Counted from the stretch's first letter, positions 34,033-43,894 are shown. The stretch: 64,000 nt of DNA from Candidatus Falkowbacteria bacterium (GCA_013336275.1 JAAXUA010000003.1:2698-66697); one strand, 5' to 3'. Program-made: numbers and translations. Notes: generated from the sequence alone by a model not told the origin.

Positions 34033-35649
34033 TTAATTTTTACAGAAGGCGATTGCCAAGCCATCTTCAAAACAGTTGCGCCATTCTTTGGCCGACTTCA
34101 AATAATCGATCAGATGACTATCGGCCCTAAGGTCGCTCTCTGTTATTCCGAAAAGCAGCCTGTTAAACCAAGTAATCTCTGGGTCACGCGGTTTGCTCAG
34201 CATGACCATATCGATCCGATGCTTCTTAAGATATTTGTCTGCCTCGCCCTCTTTGAAAAAACGATGATACTCTTCAAGAATCGTGTGGTCTTCGTATCCG
34301 TGTTGCGGCTGTCGTCCGTCAACGAACAAGGGAAGACCGGGCCACTGCCACAACAGGTAACCGCCCCAGTTGAAATCATTAAGCACCCTGGCCGGCGCAG
34401 GAACAGACGATTTCAACTCGGCCACAGCGGCGCAAGGGAAATAGCCGCAATAATAATCGAATGGGCTGTTCGTAAAACTAACCTTCGTAAAACAGAATGC
34501 GGCGAGGCTGAAAAATACTGCGGAGCCCGTGCCGATAATGATTCTAGCCCTCTTTGAAACGAGCCATTGGCGGACATTGGCAACGACAAATTCTTTTGAA
34601 AATATATCAACCAGCCAAGGAAGACTGACAACGGCCAAAAGAGGCGTGTGTCGGCGCGACTTGAGCGACATCACCCAAAAAAGGAGCACTAAGCTCAGCC
34701 ACCACAAATCAATTTTGAATCCACGGCTCCTGTTGATTACTTTGACCAAGACCAAAATCAAGGCAGTCGCGACCAAGCAAAGATAGAGGACGACTAACGG
34801 TTGCTGCGGGAAAAAGTAAAATGGCATCCACTCGCTAATCGCAGTCAAATAATAGGTGTTTCCGAAAGAAAAAAAGAAATCATACATTTTCCAGCCATAA
34901 GGATTGACCAGCGTAGAAGCGGCCGCTAAGACAGCCCATAGCCCGAAGACTCTCACCCTCTCGAGTGGCAAGGTTTGAGAAAAATCGATAAATTTAAGCC
35001 TGTCTTGCCATCTCCTGCCAAAATCAAGAAGCGCCATCAGGACGAAATAGCCCAAGAGCAGAGCCAGACCGACCAAAAAACCTGCGTGGAGGTTGGCCCA
35101 GATCAGAAAAAGCGGCACCAGCCAATACAAGTCCTTGCTTCTGCGGCTTTTCTGAAAATTATCAATCACAGAGAGCTCAAGCAAAAGTCCTAATAAAGTC
35201 ACTTCCTGCATTCTGACTCCTAGGCTATGTCTGGCCGCAAAATACGCCAAGAAGCCGAGCGCGAAAAACCAAAATACGCTTTTTTCCAATCTTGCAAACT
35301 GGCGACGATAAAGAATGATAAAAACCGCCAAAATGATAGCGGCAAAAAATATAGATACAGTGATATACCCGAGCCTATCATACAAAAAATAAGTCACAGC
35401 ATCGATCAACCACTCGTGGTCGACCCAGGCTGCTCCAGGCAAAGTGTGGCTGTAATCGGCGACTTGAGGGACCTGGCCATTTTTCAGAATCTCTTTGCCA
35501 GCCAACAAATGCCAGCCAAAATCATTATCAAGATAGCTGAATGAATTGCCAAGCAGTAAAACAACAAATAAGCTGACTAGGCTAAGTGACAGGATTTTAA
35601 GATGTATATTCTTGATTGATTCCATAACAACCCCATTATAACACATCAA
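34033..35649 (-). CDS. large polytopic membrane protein, possibly a GT-C-type glycosyltransferase
   Basis: About 12 TM helices with an early loop motif DNDFGWHLLAG...VDHEWL and a ~130-aa C-terminal soluble domain. The true start may be MESIKN (35625). Confidence 0.4.
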   Translation of the reverse strand: MMCYNGVVMESIKNIHLKILSLSLVSLFVVLLLGNSFSYLDNDFGWHLLAGKEILKNGQVPQVADYSHTLPGAAWVDHEWLIDAVTYFLYDRLGYITVSIFFAAIILAVFIILYRRQFARLEKSVFWFFALGFLAYFAARHSLGVRMQEVTLLGLLLELSVIDNFQKSRRSKDLYWLVPLFLIWANLHAGFLVGLALLLGYFVLMALLDFGRRWQDRLKFIDFSQTLPLERVRVFGLWAVLAAASTLVNPYGWKMYDFFFSFGNTYYLTAISEWMPFYFFPQQPLVVLYLCLVATALILVLVKVINRSRGFKIDLWWLSLVLLFWVMSLKSRRHTPLLAVVSLPWLVDIFSKEFVVANVRQWLVSKRARIIIGTGSAVFFSLAAFCFTKVSFTNSPFDYYCGYFPCAAVAELKSSVPAPARVLNDFNWGGYLLWQWPGLPLFVDGRQPQHGYEDHTILEEYHRFFKEGEADKYLKKHRIDMVMLSKPRDPEITWFNRLLFGITESDLRADSHLIDYLKSAKEWRNCFEDGLAIAFCKN

Positions 35650-35712
35650 GCGCCCGCGTGGACAACCGGCTGCGGTTGGCTTGATGGAATATTTTTATGC
35701 TATATTAAAGAA

Positions 35713-36888
35713 ATGAGCAATCAAAACTCGACCCTCAATCAAGCCATCAGCAGCGCATCCCCCTTCTTGAAAGGCCTGGCCATAATCGGCATCATCCTTC
35801 ATCACTACTACCGCGGCCTTTACGGCATCACCCAGAATGTCCAGTGGATTTATTCGCAAAATTTTCTTGAAACTTTTTTGAAGAGCTTCTTCTCTGGCCT
35901 ATCCGAGGCATTCATCGCCTCTTTCTACTACCTCGGCTACATGGGGGTGAGCATTTTCTTCGTTTTGAGCGGCTGGGGACTGGCCATGTCCGCCCTGAAA
36001 AGAGGGCCTGAAAAATTCGCCTTATCCGGATATTTTAAAAGCCGGGCCCAAAAGATTTTCCCTCTTTTCCTGGCTAGCTTGTTTTTTTTCGGACTTCTGT
36101 TTTACGGCCAAGGGGGCAAAGGGCTTGCTGACGAGCTTCTTGGTTCCCTGGCAAAGCTTCTACTCCTGACAAACTACTCCCCCTCGGCGATATTTACAAT
36201 CAATCCTTCTTATTGGTTCCTGGGGACAATTGCAATATTGTACATACTTTTCCCGATCATTTTTTTGGCGACCCTTAAAAGCCCTAAAATCACCCTGCTC
36301 ACAACCATATCAATCGCTTACCTGGCAACCATTGCCATCCAACTATCCCCCTTGCAGCAATGGCACCCCTTTTTCGCCATGGGAGGTTTTCCCTTGGCTA
36401 AAATAGGCGAGTTCTCCCTCGGAGTGTTCGCTGCCATAATCATCAATGAACAAAAAACTGATTCAGCTTCATTTTTTAAGGACTACAAATACACCGTCAT
36501 CGCCATTCTTCTGCTACTTCTGGGGCTGTATTCTTTCAGCAATCCATTTGCCTATCCGTTGCATCCGATCTTGATGGTTATCCCAATCATCTTCTTCTCC
36601 ATAAAAACCTTTCGTTTTGCCAATTTCTGGCCAAAATTACTGAAACCGATAACTTATGCCGGGCTTTACAGCTACTCTGCTTTCCTGTTGCACCGCCCGT
36701 TTGTCGATGCCTGGGTCAATATCAACGATCAAAACTCAGCCCCTATTTTTTACGGCCTGCTTTTTCTGCTTGCATCGGTAGTTTTGCCCTCATTATTCGA
36801 AATAACTTGCAACAAAACCACAACTCCGCTTTTGAGCTCCGGAATCGGCAAAGCTTTTGATCATTTTTCCCATAAAAATCATTTCTAG
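35713..36888 (+). CDS. acyltransferase family 3 (OafA/YrhL-like) membrane protein
   Basis: About 10 TM helices, with a conserved early His (IILHHYY) typical of acyltransferase_3. Confidence 0.65.
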   Translation: MSNQNSTLNQAISSASPFLKGLAIIGIILHHYYRGLYGITQNVQWIYSQNFLETFLKSFFSGLSEAFIASFYYLGYMGVSIFFVLSGWGLAMSALKRGPEKFALSGYFKSRAQKIFPLFLASLFFFGLLFYGQGGKGLADELLGSLAKLLLLTNYSPSAIFTINPSYWFLGTIAILYILFPIIFLATLKSPKITLLTTISIAYLATIAIQLSPLQQWHPFFAMGGFPLAKIGEFSLGVFAAIIINEQKTDSASFFKDYKYTVIAILLLLLGLYSFSNPFAYPLHPILMVIPIIFFSIKTFRFANFWPKLLKPITYAGLYSYSAFLLHRPFVDAWVNINDQNSAPIFYGLLFLLASVVLPSLFEITCNKTTTPLLSSGIGKAFDHFSHKNHF

Positions 36889-36996
36889 GCTTGGCGAGTT
36901 TACCATGCACCAAGCCCGTTTCACCTTGACTTTTGGCCATTTTTATTGTAAATTTAAATAAATTTACGGCGCATTGTCGTTTTTATTATTTACACT

Positions 36997-38964
36997 ATGA
37001 ATGTCAGCGAACTAGCCCGCATACTAAAACTAACCCCTCAAGAATTGCGCGACAAATTGCCGCAACTCGGTTTTCATATTGGCCAAAAAGCCATCAAAAT
37101 CGACCACCGCATCGCCAATAAAATCATTAACCAATGGCCAACTTTAAGCAAAAAGTTGGCAACTCCACAATCTTTCAAAGATAGGCAATCTGCCAGGGAA
37201 AACCAAGTGCCTACGGTCAAAAAGGTAGTTTCTCTTCCAAGCTTCATAACGGTCAGGGATTTTGCAGCCCTGGCCAACTTACCGGTCAATAAAGTCCTTG
37301 GCGAGCTGATGAAAAACGGCATTTTCGCTTCTTTGAACGAAAGGATCGATTTTGAAACAGCAGCCGTTGTCGGAACCGACCTCGGACTTGAAATCAAGGC
37401 CGATGCCGACACTTCGGAAACGACTGAACAGGAAGTCAGCAAGCTGACAACCATCATCCAAAAAGAAAAAAGCGAGGACATGCTAGAACGGGCTCCGGTC
37501 ATCGTTGTTATGGGCCATGTCGACCACGGCAAGACCAAGCTTCTGGATGCCATCCGCTCGACGGATGTAGTGGCCGGTGAGGCTGGCGGCATCACACAGC
37601 ATATCGGTGCCTACCAAGTCACTCGCAAAAATCAGCGCTTAACCTTTATCGATACCCCCGGACACGAAGCCTTTACGGCCATGCGTAGCCGTGGCGCCAA
37701 AATCGCCGATATCGCCATCTTGGTCGTAGCGGCCGACGACGGCGTCAAGCCGCAAACGATCGAAGCTTTCCGCATCATCGAAGCGGCCAAACTGCCCTTC
37801 ATCGTGGCGATCAACAAGATTGATAAGCCCGAGGCCAATCTGGACAAGACCAAGCAAGAGCTTTCCGGACAGCTCGGCATCGTCCCTGAAGACTGGGGCG
37901 GCAAAACCGTTTGCGTCCCTATCTCCGCACGCGAAGGCACGGGCATCGAAGACCTTTTAGACATGATTCTTCTTACTGCTGAAGTCGAGCAATCAAATAT
38001 CAAAGCCAACCCTCAGGCTCCGGCCGTCGGCACCATCATTGACTCACGCATCGACAAAGGCGAAGGCCCGGTCGCGACAGTCCTGATACAGAACGGCACC
38101 CTGAAAATCGCCGACCAACTCCTGTTTGACGGAAAAGTTTTCGGCAAAGTCCGAGCCCTGAAGAACTACCGCGGCGAAAGCATCGATGAGGCCGGACCCT
38201 CTACTCCGGTCAAAATCATCGGTCTGAAAGTTGCCCCCCTAGTCGGAGACATCCTGGAAACCGGAGAGGGCGAAAAGGTCAAATTTAAGAACATCAAAAC
38301 CGGCCTGAATAAGCCCGAAAGCGCTGTTGCCTCCCAAGCCGACGATTCAGGCGCCAAAAAGATAAACCTCATCATCAAAAGCGATGTGCTTGGATCAGCA
38401 GAAGCTATCGAAGAATCCCTAGAAAAAATCGGCAACCAGGACATCAAGGTAAAAATAATCAATAAGGGTCTAGGCAATATCGGCGAAGGCGATGTCGTCA
38501 GGGCCGATGCGGCGAAGGCCCAGATCGTCGGCTTCCACGTCAAAGCTGCTCCGCAAGCCGAGGACTTGGCACGCGAAAAAGGCGTATCGATCAAGCTTTA
38601 CCAGATCATTTACGATTTGATCGATGACGTTAAACAGCAGATGCAAGACCTGCTTGAGCCGGAAATCCGTCGCGTCGAGCTAGGCAAGCTCCACGTGAAA
38701 GCCATTTTCCGCTCGGACGCCAACGAACAGATTTTCGGAGGCAAAGTCGTAGCTGGCAAGATAGAGAAGGACAGCTTGATTGAAATCGAACGTGGCGGAT
38801 TGATTATCGGGCAAGGCAAGATTACCGAACTCCAATCCGGCAAGCAGACAGTGAGCTCGGTCGAAGTGGGCGAGGAGTGCGGCATCAAATACCAGGGCGA
38901 CTCGGTCAAGGAAAATGATATACTCTACTTCTACAAAGAAGAAAAGATTGCCAAAAAATTATAG
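36997..38964 (+). CDS. infB: translation initiation factor IF-2
   Basis: G-domain VMGHVDHGKTKLLD, DTPGHEAF and NKID, with a conserved C-terminal half. Confidence 0.95.
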   Translation: MNVSELARILKLTPQELRDKLPQLGFHIGQKAIKIDHRIANKIINQWPTLSKKLATPQSFKDRQSARENQVPTVKKVVSLPSFITVRDFAALANLPVNKVLGELMKNGIFASLNERIDFETAAVVGTDLGLEIKADADTSETTEQEVSKLTTIIQKEKSEDMLERAPVIVVMGHVDHGKTKLLDAIRSTDVVAGEAGGITQHIGAYQVTRKNQRLTFIDTPGHEAFTAMRSRGAKIADIAILVVAADDGVKPQTIEAFRIIEAAKLPFIVAINKIDKPEANLDKTKQELSGQLGIVPEDWGGKTVCVPISAREGTGIEDLLDMILLTAEVEQSNIKANPQAPAVGTIIDSRIDKGEGPVATVLIQNGTLKIADQLLFDGKVFGKVRALKNYRGESIDEAGPSTPVKIIGLKVAPLVGDILETGEGEKVKFKNIKTGLNKPESAVASQADDSGAKKINLIIKSDVLGSAEAIEESLEKIGNQDIKVKIINKGLGNIGEGDVVRADAAKAQIVGFHVKAAPQAEDLAREKGVSIKLYQIIYDLIDDVKQQMQDLLEPEIRRVELGKLHVKAIFRSDANEQIFGGKVVAGKIEKDSLIEIERGGLIIGQGKITELQSGKQTVSSVEVGEECGIKYQGDSVKENDILYFYKEEKIAKKL

Positions 38965-38970
38965 CCGATT

Positions 38971-39309
38971 ATGCATAAGACTGAACAAATAAACGACCTG
39001 CTTCGTTTCGAGCTTGCCAAGCTGATCGAAGAGCATGTCAATCTCGACGGCGCTTTGATAACCATTTCTTTCGTAGACTGCTCGCCCGACTTACGCTACG
39101 CCCGCATATCCGTATCTGTCCTACCGGAAAAGTTCTTCGGCTCAGCCATAGCGGAACTCCGAAAGCACAGCGGCTCATTCAGCAAATATCTGCGCAAGCA
39201 TACCCGGCTGCGCCAGATCCCGAAGCTGGTCTGGGCCGTAGACGACACCGAAGTCAAGGCAGCTGAAATCGATGAGATTCTCAAAACGATAAACCAGCAA
39301 CAACAATAA
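38971..39309 (+). CDS. rbfA: ribosome-binding factor A
   Basis: Its position after infB, plus the RbfA-like sequence (ITISFVDCSPDLRYARISVS..., IPKLVWAVDD). Confidence 0.85.
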   Translation: MHKTEQINDLLRFELAKLIEEHVNLDGALITISFVDCSPDLRYARISVSVLPEKFFGSAIAELRKHSGSFSKYLRKHTRLRQIPKLVWAVDDTEVKAAEIDEILKTINQQQQ

Positions 39310-39310
39310 T

Positions 39311-39341
39311 GAAAACCGCCTTAGGGCGGTTTTCTTTTTTT
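39311..39341 (+). terminator. rho-independent terminator
   Basis: A GAAAACCGCC / GGCGGTTTTC stem is followed by a T-run. Confidence 0.85.
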
Positions 39342-39411
39342 AAGGGCAGGCTTGTAATCTGGCTCCGGTTATGATAATTTTCTTAATTACCATTAAAAAA
39401 ACCTTCAATCG

Positions 39412-40395
39412 ATGCAAAACCAAGAAATAGCAAAATACCAATCCATTCTAGAATCAATCGATTCAGCTCAAAACATTCTACTGATAACGCATTTCAATCC
39501 TGATGGTGATGGAATCTCGAGCCTCTGTTCAATGATGAATTGGCTGCTCTCAATCGGAAAAATGGCAGAAGGTTATTGCCTGCACCAGCCGCCAGCCATG
39601 CTGGGCTATCTTCCCGGAATCGAAAAAATCAAGTTCGGCTCCATCGAGACGCTTGGCCTTGATTTTGAAAAATATGACATTTTCATAGTGCTCGACTGCG
39701 GCAGCCTCAGCCGGACCGGAATAGCGGACATGCTTAAGGCCAAGCAGCCGAGACAAAAAATTATAGAAATCGATCATCATCCCAAAATTGACGACTACGC
39801 CGACATTGAATTGCGCAGCACCGAGGCGGCCGCTACGGCCGAATTGGTTTACCAATTTTACAAGATCAACCATATCAAAATTACGAAAGATATGGCTATG
39901 TGCCTGCTTACGGGCATACTCACCGACACGGCCAATTTTTTCTACCCTTCAACCTCTATCGCAACAGTTTCGATCGCTGCTGACCTGATCCTGCGAGGAG
40001 CTCGGCTGCCGCAGATTACCGAAAACACCCTCAGAAACAAAAGTCTCAACGGATTGAAACTCTGGGGGCAGATCATGGCCAATATCCGCATCAATCCTAA
40101 ATATGACTTCGCCGTAACCATCCTGCCGCAAGAAGAGCGGGAAAAAAGCACCGTCCCCAAAGAAGAATTGGATGGGATTTCCGGTTTTTTAAGCAACCTT
40201 TACGGAGTCAAAGGCATCCTCTTCCTGCAGGAAGAGGCGGACGGCTCAATACGCGGCAATTTGCGGACAGCCTCTCCGCTGATCGACATTTCCAAACTGG
40301 CCCGCCTTCTGGGAGGAGGAGGGCACCCTAAGGCAGCGGGTTTTTCTATCAAGGGCCGCCTTGTCGATCGTGGCGGCGAATGGCAGATAGCCTGA
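39412..40395 (+). CDS. nrnA: DHH/DHHA1 phosphoesterase (NrnA-like)
   Basis: HFNPDGDGISS, IDHHP and GGGGHPKAAG motifs. Confidence 0.8.
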   Translation: MQNQEIAKYQSILESIDSAQNILLITHFNPDGDGISSLCSMMNWLLSIGKMAEGYCLHQPPAMLGYLPGIEKIKFGSIETLGLDFEKYDIFIVLDCGSLSRTGIADMLKAKQPRQKIIEIDHHPKIDDYADIELRSTEAAATAELVYQFYKINHIKITKDMAMCLLTGILTDTANFFYPSTSIATVSIAADLILRGARLPQITENTLRNKSLNGLKLWGQIMANIRINPKYDFAVTILPQEEREKSTVPKEELDGISGFLSNLYGVKGILFLQEEADGSIRGNLRTASPLIDISKLARLLGGGGHPKAAGFSIKGRLVDRGGEWQIA

Positions 40396-40465
40396 TTTGC
40401 TTTTTGCCCGATTTACTCTTAAAATACATGCATAATTCACTAACCATAATTATTAAAATAAACAC

Positions 40466-41047
40466 ATGCCTTTAATACCTACTGTCATTGAGAAGTCGAC
40501 TTACGGCGAAAGGGCCTATGACATATATTCACGCTTGCTCAAGGACCGGATCATCTTTCTCGGTGAACCGATCAATGATCACGTGGCCAACATCGTCATT
40601 GCCCAATTCCTTTTCCTTGATGCCGAAAACAAGGATAAGGATATAAAATTCTATATCAACAGCCCGGGCGGATCGGTCAGCGCCGGTTTGGCCATCTATG
40701 ACACGATGCAATACATCAAAGCTGATGTCTCGACCATCTGCGTCGGCATGGCAGCCAGCATGGCAGCCGTTCTGCTGGCATCAGGAGCTAAGGGCAAGCG
40801 CCTAGCCCTGCCGAACAGCGAAATAATGATTCATCAGGTCATGGGCGGCGCCGAGGGACAGGCAACCGATATCAAAATCATGGCGGAACACATACTCAAA
40901 ACCAAGGATAAGCTCAATCAGATCCTATCGCTTCATACCGGTCAAAAAGTCCAGAACATTGAAAAGGATACCGACCGCGACAACTTCATGAATCCCGAAG
41001 AGGCCAAGAAATACGGCCTGATCGACAAGATTATCAGACAGCAATAA
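40466..41047 (+). CDS. clpP: ATP-dependent Clp protease proteolytic subunit
   Basis: Full-length ClpP ([31 protein letters not shown]). Confidence 0.95.
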   Translation: MPLIPTVIEKSTYGERAYDIYSRLLKDRIIFLGEPINDHVANIVIAQFLFLDAENKDKDIKFYINSPGGSVSAGLAIYDTMQYIKADVSTICVGMAASMAAVLLASGAKGKRLALPNSEIMIHQVMGGAEGQATDIKIMAEHILKTKDKLNQILSLHTGQKVQNIEKDTDRDNFMNPEEAKKYGLIDKIIRQQ

Positions 41048-41051
41048 TAAG

Positions 41052-41082
41052 AAAAGCCCCGCTAAAAACGGGGCTTTTGCTT
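41052..41082 (+). terminator. rho-independent terminator
   Basis: An AAAAGCCCCG / CGGGGCTTTT stem. Confidence 0.8.
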
Positions 41083-41355
41083 GGCACGATAACGGAACAC
41101 AATCTTGTCAAAAACAGATAATAATGGTAAGGTAATTTTGGATTTAATAATTAAACACCAACCACCTGTTGCCTTGTAGTTACGAAAGTTGCGGTAGTCG
41201 CGAAAAAGACTAACATTAAACAAACTAATCGTTCACTCGTGATTCTTTGCCCCCTCTCTTCCAACACGCACTCATCCGTGATCGCCTCCGCCTAAACGCG
41301 GGCCGGTTTGTTTTATAACGCATTACTCTCCAACGCAACAGGCGGATATCTGCCT

Positions 41356-42870
41356 ATGAATTTTGCAATTTATGTCCTCCTCCTGGCAGTGGGTCTATTT
41401 TTAGGTTTTTTGGTCAGCAAACTGCAAGCCGACCGCAAAACTAAAAATGCCGAAGCCAAAGCGGAGAAGATCATCAGCGAGGCCAAAACCAAACAATCCG
41501 ACCTTCTACTGGAGACCCAGAACAAAGCCTTAAGAATCATCGACGAAGCCAAGCGGGAAGAATCTCGCCGGCGCAAGGAAATCAATGAGCTCCAATCACG
41601 CCTTGAAAAGCGCGAGACGGTCTTTTCGCAGAAGTTGCTGGAACTCCAAGACAAACAGCAGCAGCTCTATGACAAGGTCAACAAAATTGAGGAAATCAAG
41701 GAAAAGATCAAGCAGATAAAAGAAGAGCAGCTGGCCAAACTCGAGACTGTCGCCCAAATGTCAAAAGAAGAGGCCAAGCAGGTCCTTCTGAACAATGTCG
41801 AGACAGAAATCAAGGAAGATCTGCTATCAAGAATCAACAAGCTGGAAAAACAGTCAGTAGACGAACTTGAAGAAAAATCCCGTGACCTGCTCGCCAGCAC
41901 CATGCAGCGACTAGTTTCGAACTACACAGCCGAAATCACGACGACTGCCGTTGAGTTGCCAAGCGACGAGATGAAGGGACGTATCATCGGCCGCGAAGGC
42001 AGGAATATCAAAGTAATAGAGCAGCTGACCGGTACGGAAATCATCGTCGATGACACCCCGAACGTCATCACCATTTCCGGCTTTTCTCCGATCCGCCGGC
42101 ACATTGCTAAACGCGCTCTCGACCGCTTGATCCTGGATGGACGGATCCATCCGACCAAGATCGAAGACGCCATCGAGCAAGCCAAAAAAGAACTGGCTGT
42201 CGACATCAAGAAAGCTGGCGAAGAATCGATGTATGAACTGGGCATTGCCGGTTTCGACACCAAGCTAGTCCAGATTATCGGCCGCTTGAAATACCGCACC
42301 AGCTATGGCCAGAACGCCTTGCGCCACTCTGTGGAGGTTGCCCATCTTTCCGGACTTCTGGCCGAAGAGCTTGGTGCTGACGTCACTTTGGCTAAAAAGG
42401 CCGGATTACTCCACGATATCGGCAAGGCCGTAGACCACGAAGTGCAAGGCACTCACCCGGAAATCGGCGCTAATATCGCTAAAAAATTCAATCTTTCCGA
42501 AGACATAATCGCCCCGATCGAAACCCATCATGATGACCGCCCACGAGGTTTGATCTCTGTCATCGTCAAGGTCGCTGATGCCATCTCGGCAGCCAGGCCC
42601 GGTGCTCGCCACGATTCATTCGAGCAGTACATCTACCGCCTAGAGGAGCTTGAAAAAATTGCCACCTCCTTCGATGGAGTAGAGAAGGCCTATGCCATCC
42701 AGGCCGGTCGCGAAGTCCGCGTCTTCGCCGAAGCTGACAAGCTCGATGATCTCGCTGCCCATCAGCTGGCCCGCGATGTCGCCAAGAAAATTGAACAAGA
42801 ACTCAAATACCCAGGAGAAATCAAGGTTAACGTTATCCGTGAGATGCGCGTAACCGAATACGCTCGCTAG
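41356..42870 (+). CDS. rny: ribonuclease Y
   Basis: The start is set at MNFAIYVLLL (N-terminal TM helix). A coiled coil follows, then KH (RIIGREGRNIKVIE) and HD (LLHDIGKA...HH) domains. Confidence 0.9.
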   Translation: MNFAIYVLLLAVGLFLGFLVSKLQADRKTKNAEAKAEKIISEAKTKQSDLLLETQNKALRIIDEAKREESRRRKEINELQSRLEKRETVFSQKLLELQDKQQQLYDKVNKIEEIKEKIKQIKEEQLAKLETVAQMSKEEAKQVLLNNVETEIKEDLLSRINKLEKQSVDELEEKSRDLLASTMQRLVSNYTAEITTTAVELPSDEMKGRIIGREGRNIKVIEQLTGTEIIVDDTPNVITISGFSPIRRHIAKRALDRLILDGRIHPTKIEDAIEQAKKELAVDIKKAGEESMYELGIAGFDTKLVQIIGRLKYRTSYGQNALRHSVEVAHLSGLLAEELGADVTLAKKAGLLHDIGKAVDHEVQGTHPEIGANIAKKFNLSEDIIAPIETHHDDRPRGLISVIVKVADAISAARPGARHDSFEQYIYRLEELEKIATSFDGVEKAYAIQAGREVRVFAEADKLDDLAAHQLARDVAKKIEQELKYPGEIKVNVIREMRVTEYAR

Positions 42871-42891
42871 CTACAGATTTTTTCAACACCT

Positions 42892-42931
42892 AAAGACGCT
42901 CGACCTCGGCAAGAGGCGAGCGTCTTTGCTT
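42892..42931 (+). terminator. long terminator hairpin
   Basis: An AAAGACGCTCG...CGAGCGTCTTT stem of about 15 bp. Confidence 0.7.
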
Positions 42932-43059
42932 ATAGGCCGAGTTACTATATTTTATTGATTATTGGCTAAAATATTAAAATTTGATATAATTTATTCAGGT
43001 ATTGCCAAGAAGCTAGTAATCAAATATACTAATATTAAATAATAACTAAGCGTACTCCT

Positions 43060-43344
43060 ATGAATAAAGCTGCCTTAATCGACCGGATTGCTGCCGAGGC
43101 CAAAGTTTCCAAGAAGCAAGCGACTGACATGCTGGAAAAATTGGTCGACATCATTATCGGCGAGCTCAAAAGCGGTAATGAGGTAACTATTACCGGTTTT
43201 GGCACCTTTATGGCCAAGTCACGACACGCTCGCGGCGGTGTTAATCCTCAGAAGCCGACCGAGCGCATCCAGATTCCTCAAGTAACGGTCGCCAAATTCA
43301 AAACCGGCAAGACTCTCAAAGACGCCCTCAAAGGCAAAGAATAA
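43060..43344 (+). CDS. hup: HU-family DNA-binding protein
   Basis: MNKAALIDRIA...ITGFGTF...R.ARGGVNPQ. A TTGGCT-17-TATAAT promoter lies at 42962-42990. Confidence 0.9.
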   Translation: MNKAALIDRIAAEAKVSKKQATDMLEKLVDIIIGELKSGNEVTITGFGTFMAKSRHARGGVNPQKPTERIQIPQVTVAKFKTGKTLKDALKGKE

Positions 43345-43348
43345 TCTT

Positions 43349-43376
43349 AAAAACCCTCTTTTTTGAGGGTTTTTTG
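43349..43376 (+). terminator. rho-independent terminator
   Basis: An AACCCTC / GAGGGTT stem is followed by a T-run. Confidence 0.75.
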
Positions 43377-43497
43377 ATATTCCGGCCAAAGTCTTGCCTT
43401 TTTCGTGCTTTTGTGTTAACCTATTAAAAGCTCTCGAGAGGGAGTTTTTTGTATCAAGATCAGCATCCTAGCCCTAAAGGACTCTCCTGCCTAAAGT

Positions 43498-43571
43498 GTG
43501 CCCATAGCTCAACCGGATAGAGCGTCTGGCTTCGGACCAGAAGGTTGTGGGTTCAAGTCCTGCTGGGCACA
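43498..43571 (+). tRNA. tRNA-Arg (anticodon TCG)
   Basis: Acceptor GTGCCCA/TGGGCAC and anticodon stem TCTGG/CCAGA with loop CTTCGGA. The T-stem has two G-U pairs. Confidence 0.75.
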
Positions 43572-43622
43572 CTTTGAGCAGGATATCCTGCCGCCTGTCT
43601 GCAGGCAAGGGTGCGCTGGCGA

Positions 43623-43696
43623 GGCTGGGTAGCTCAGTTGGTTAGAGCGCGGCACTCATAACGCCGAGGTCGAGAGTTCGAGCCTCTCTCCAGCCA
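43623..43696 (+). tRNA. tRNA with CAU anticodon (elongator Met or lysidine-modified Ile2)
   Basis: Acceptor GGCTGGG/TCCAGCC, loop CTCATAA, T-arm GAGAG-TTCGAGC-CTCTC. It lacks initiator features. Confidence 0.8.
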
Positions 43697-43707
43697 CTTT
43701 ACAATAT

Positions 43708-43780
43708 GCGCTGTTAGCTCAGCTGGTAGAGCAGTTGCCTCTTAAGCAAACGGTCGCAGGTTCGAATCCTGCACGGCGCA
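43708..43780 (+). tRNA. tRNA-Lys (anticodon CTT)
   Basis: Acceptor GCGCTGT/ACGGCGC, loop CTCTTAA, T-arm GCAGG-TTCGAAT-CCTGC. Confidence 0.85.
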
Positions 43781-43894
43781 CAAATTTAAGGCCACCCAAC
43801 AAGGGTGGTTTTAAATTTGTTTGCATACGTGCAGGATGAGAAGTTTATGCTCCGGAGCGACAGCGTAGGGGTAAATCCTGCACGGCGCACAAAT
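43765..43894 (+). repeat. 21-bp direct repeat of the tRNA-Lys 3' end (att-like)
   Basis: AATCCTGCACGGCGCACAAAT occurs at 43765-43785 (T-loop to 5 nt past the tRNA end) and again at 43874-43894. Confidence 0.85.
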
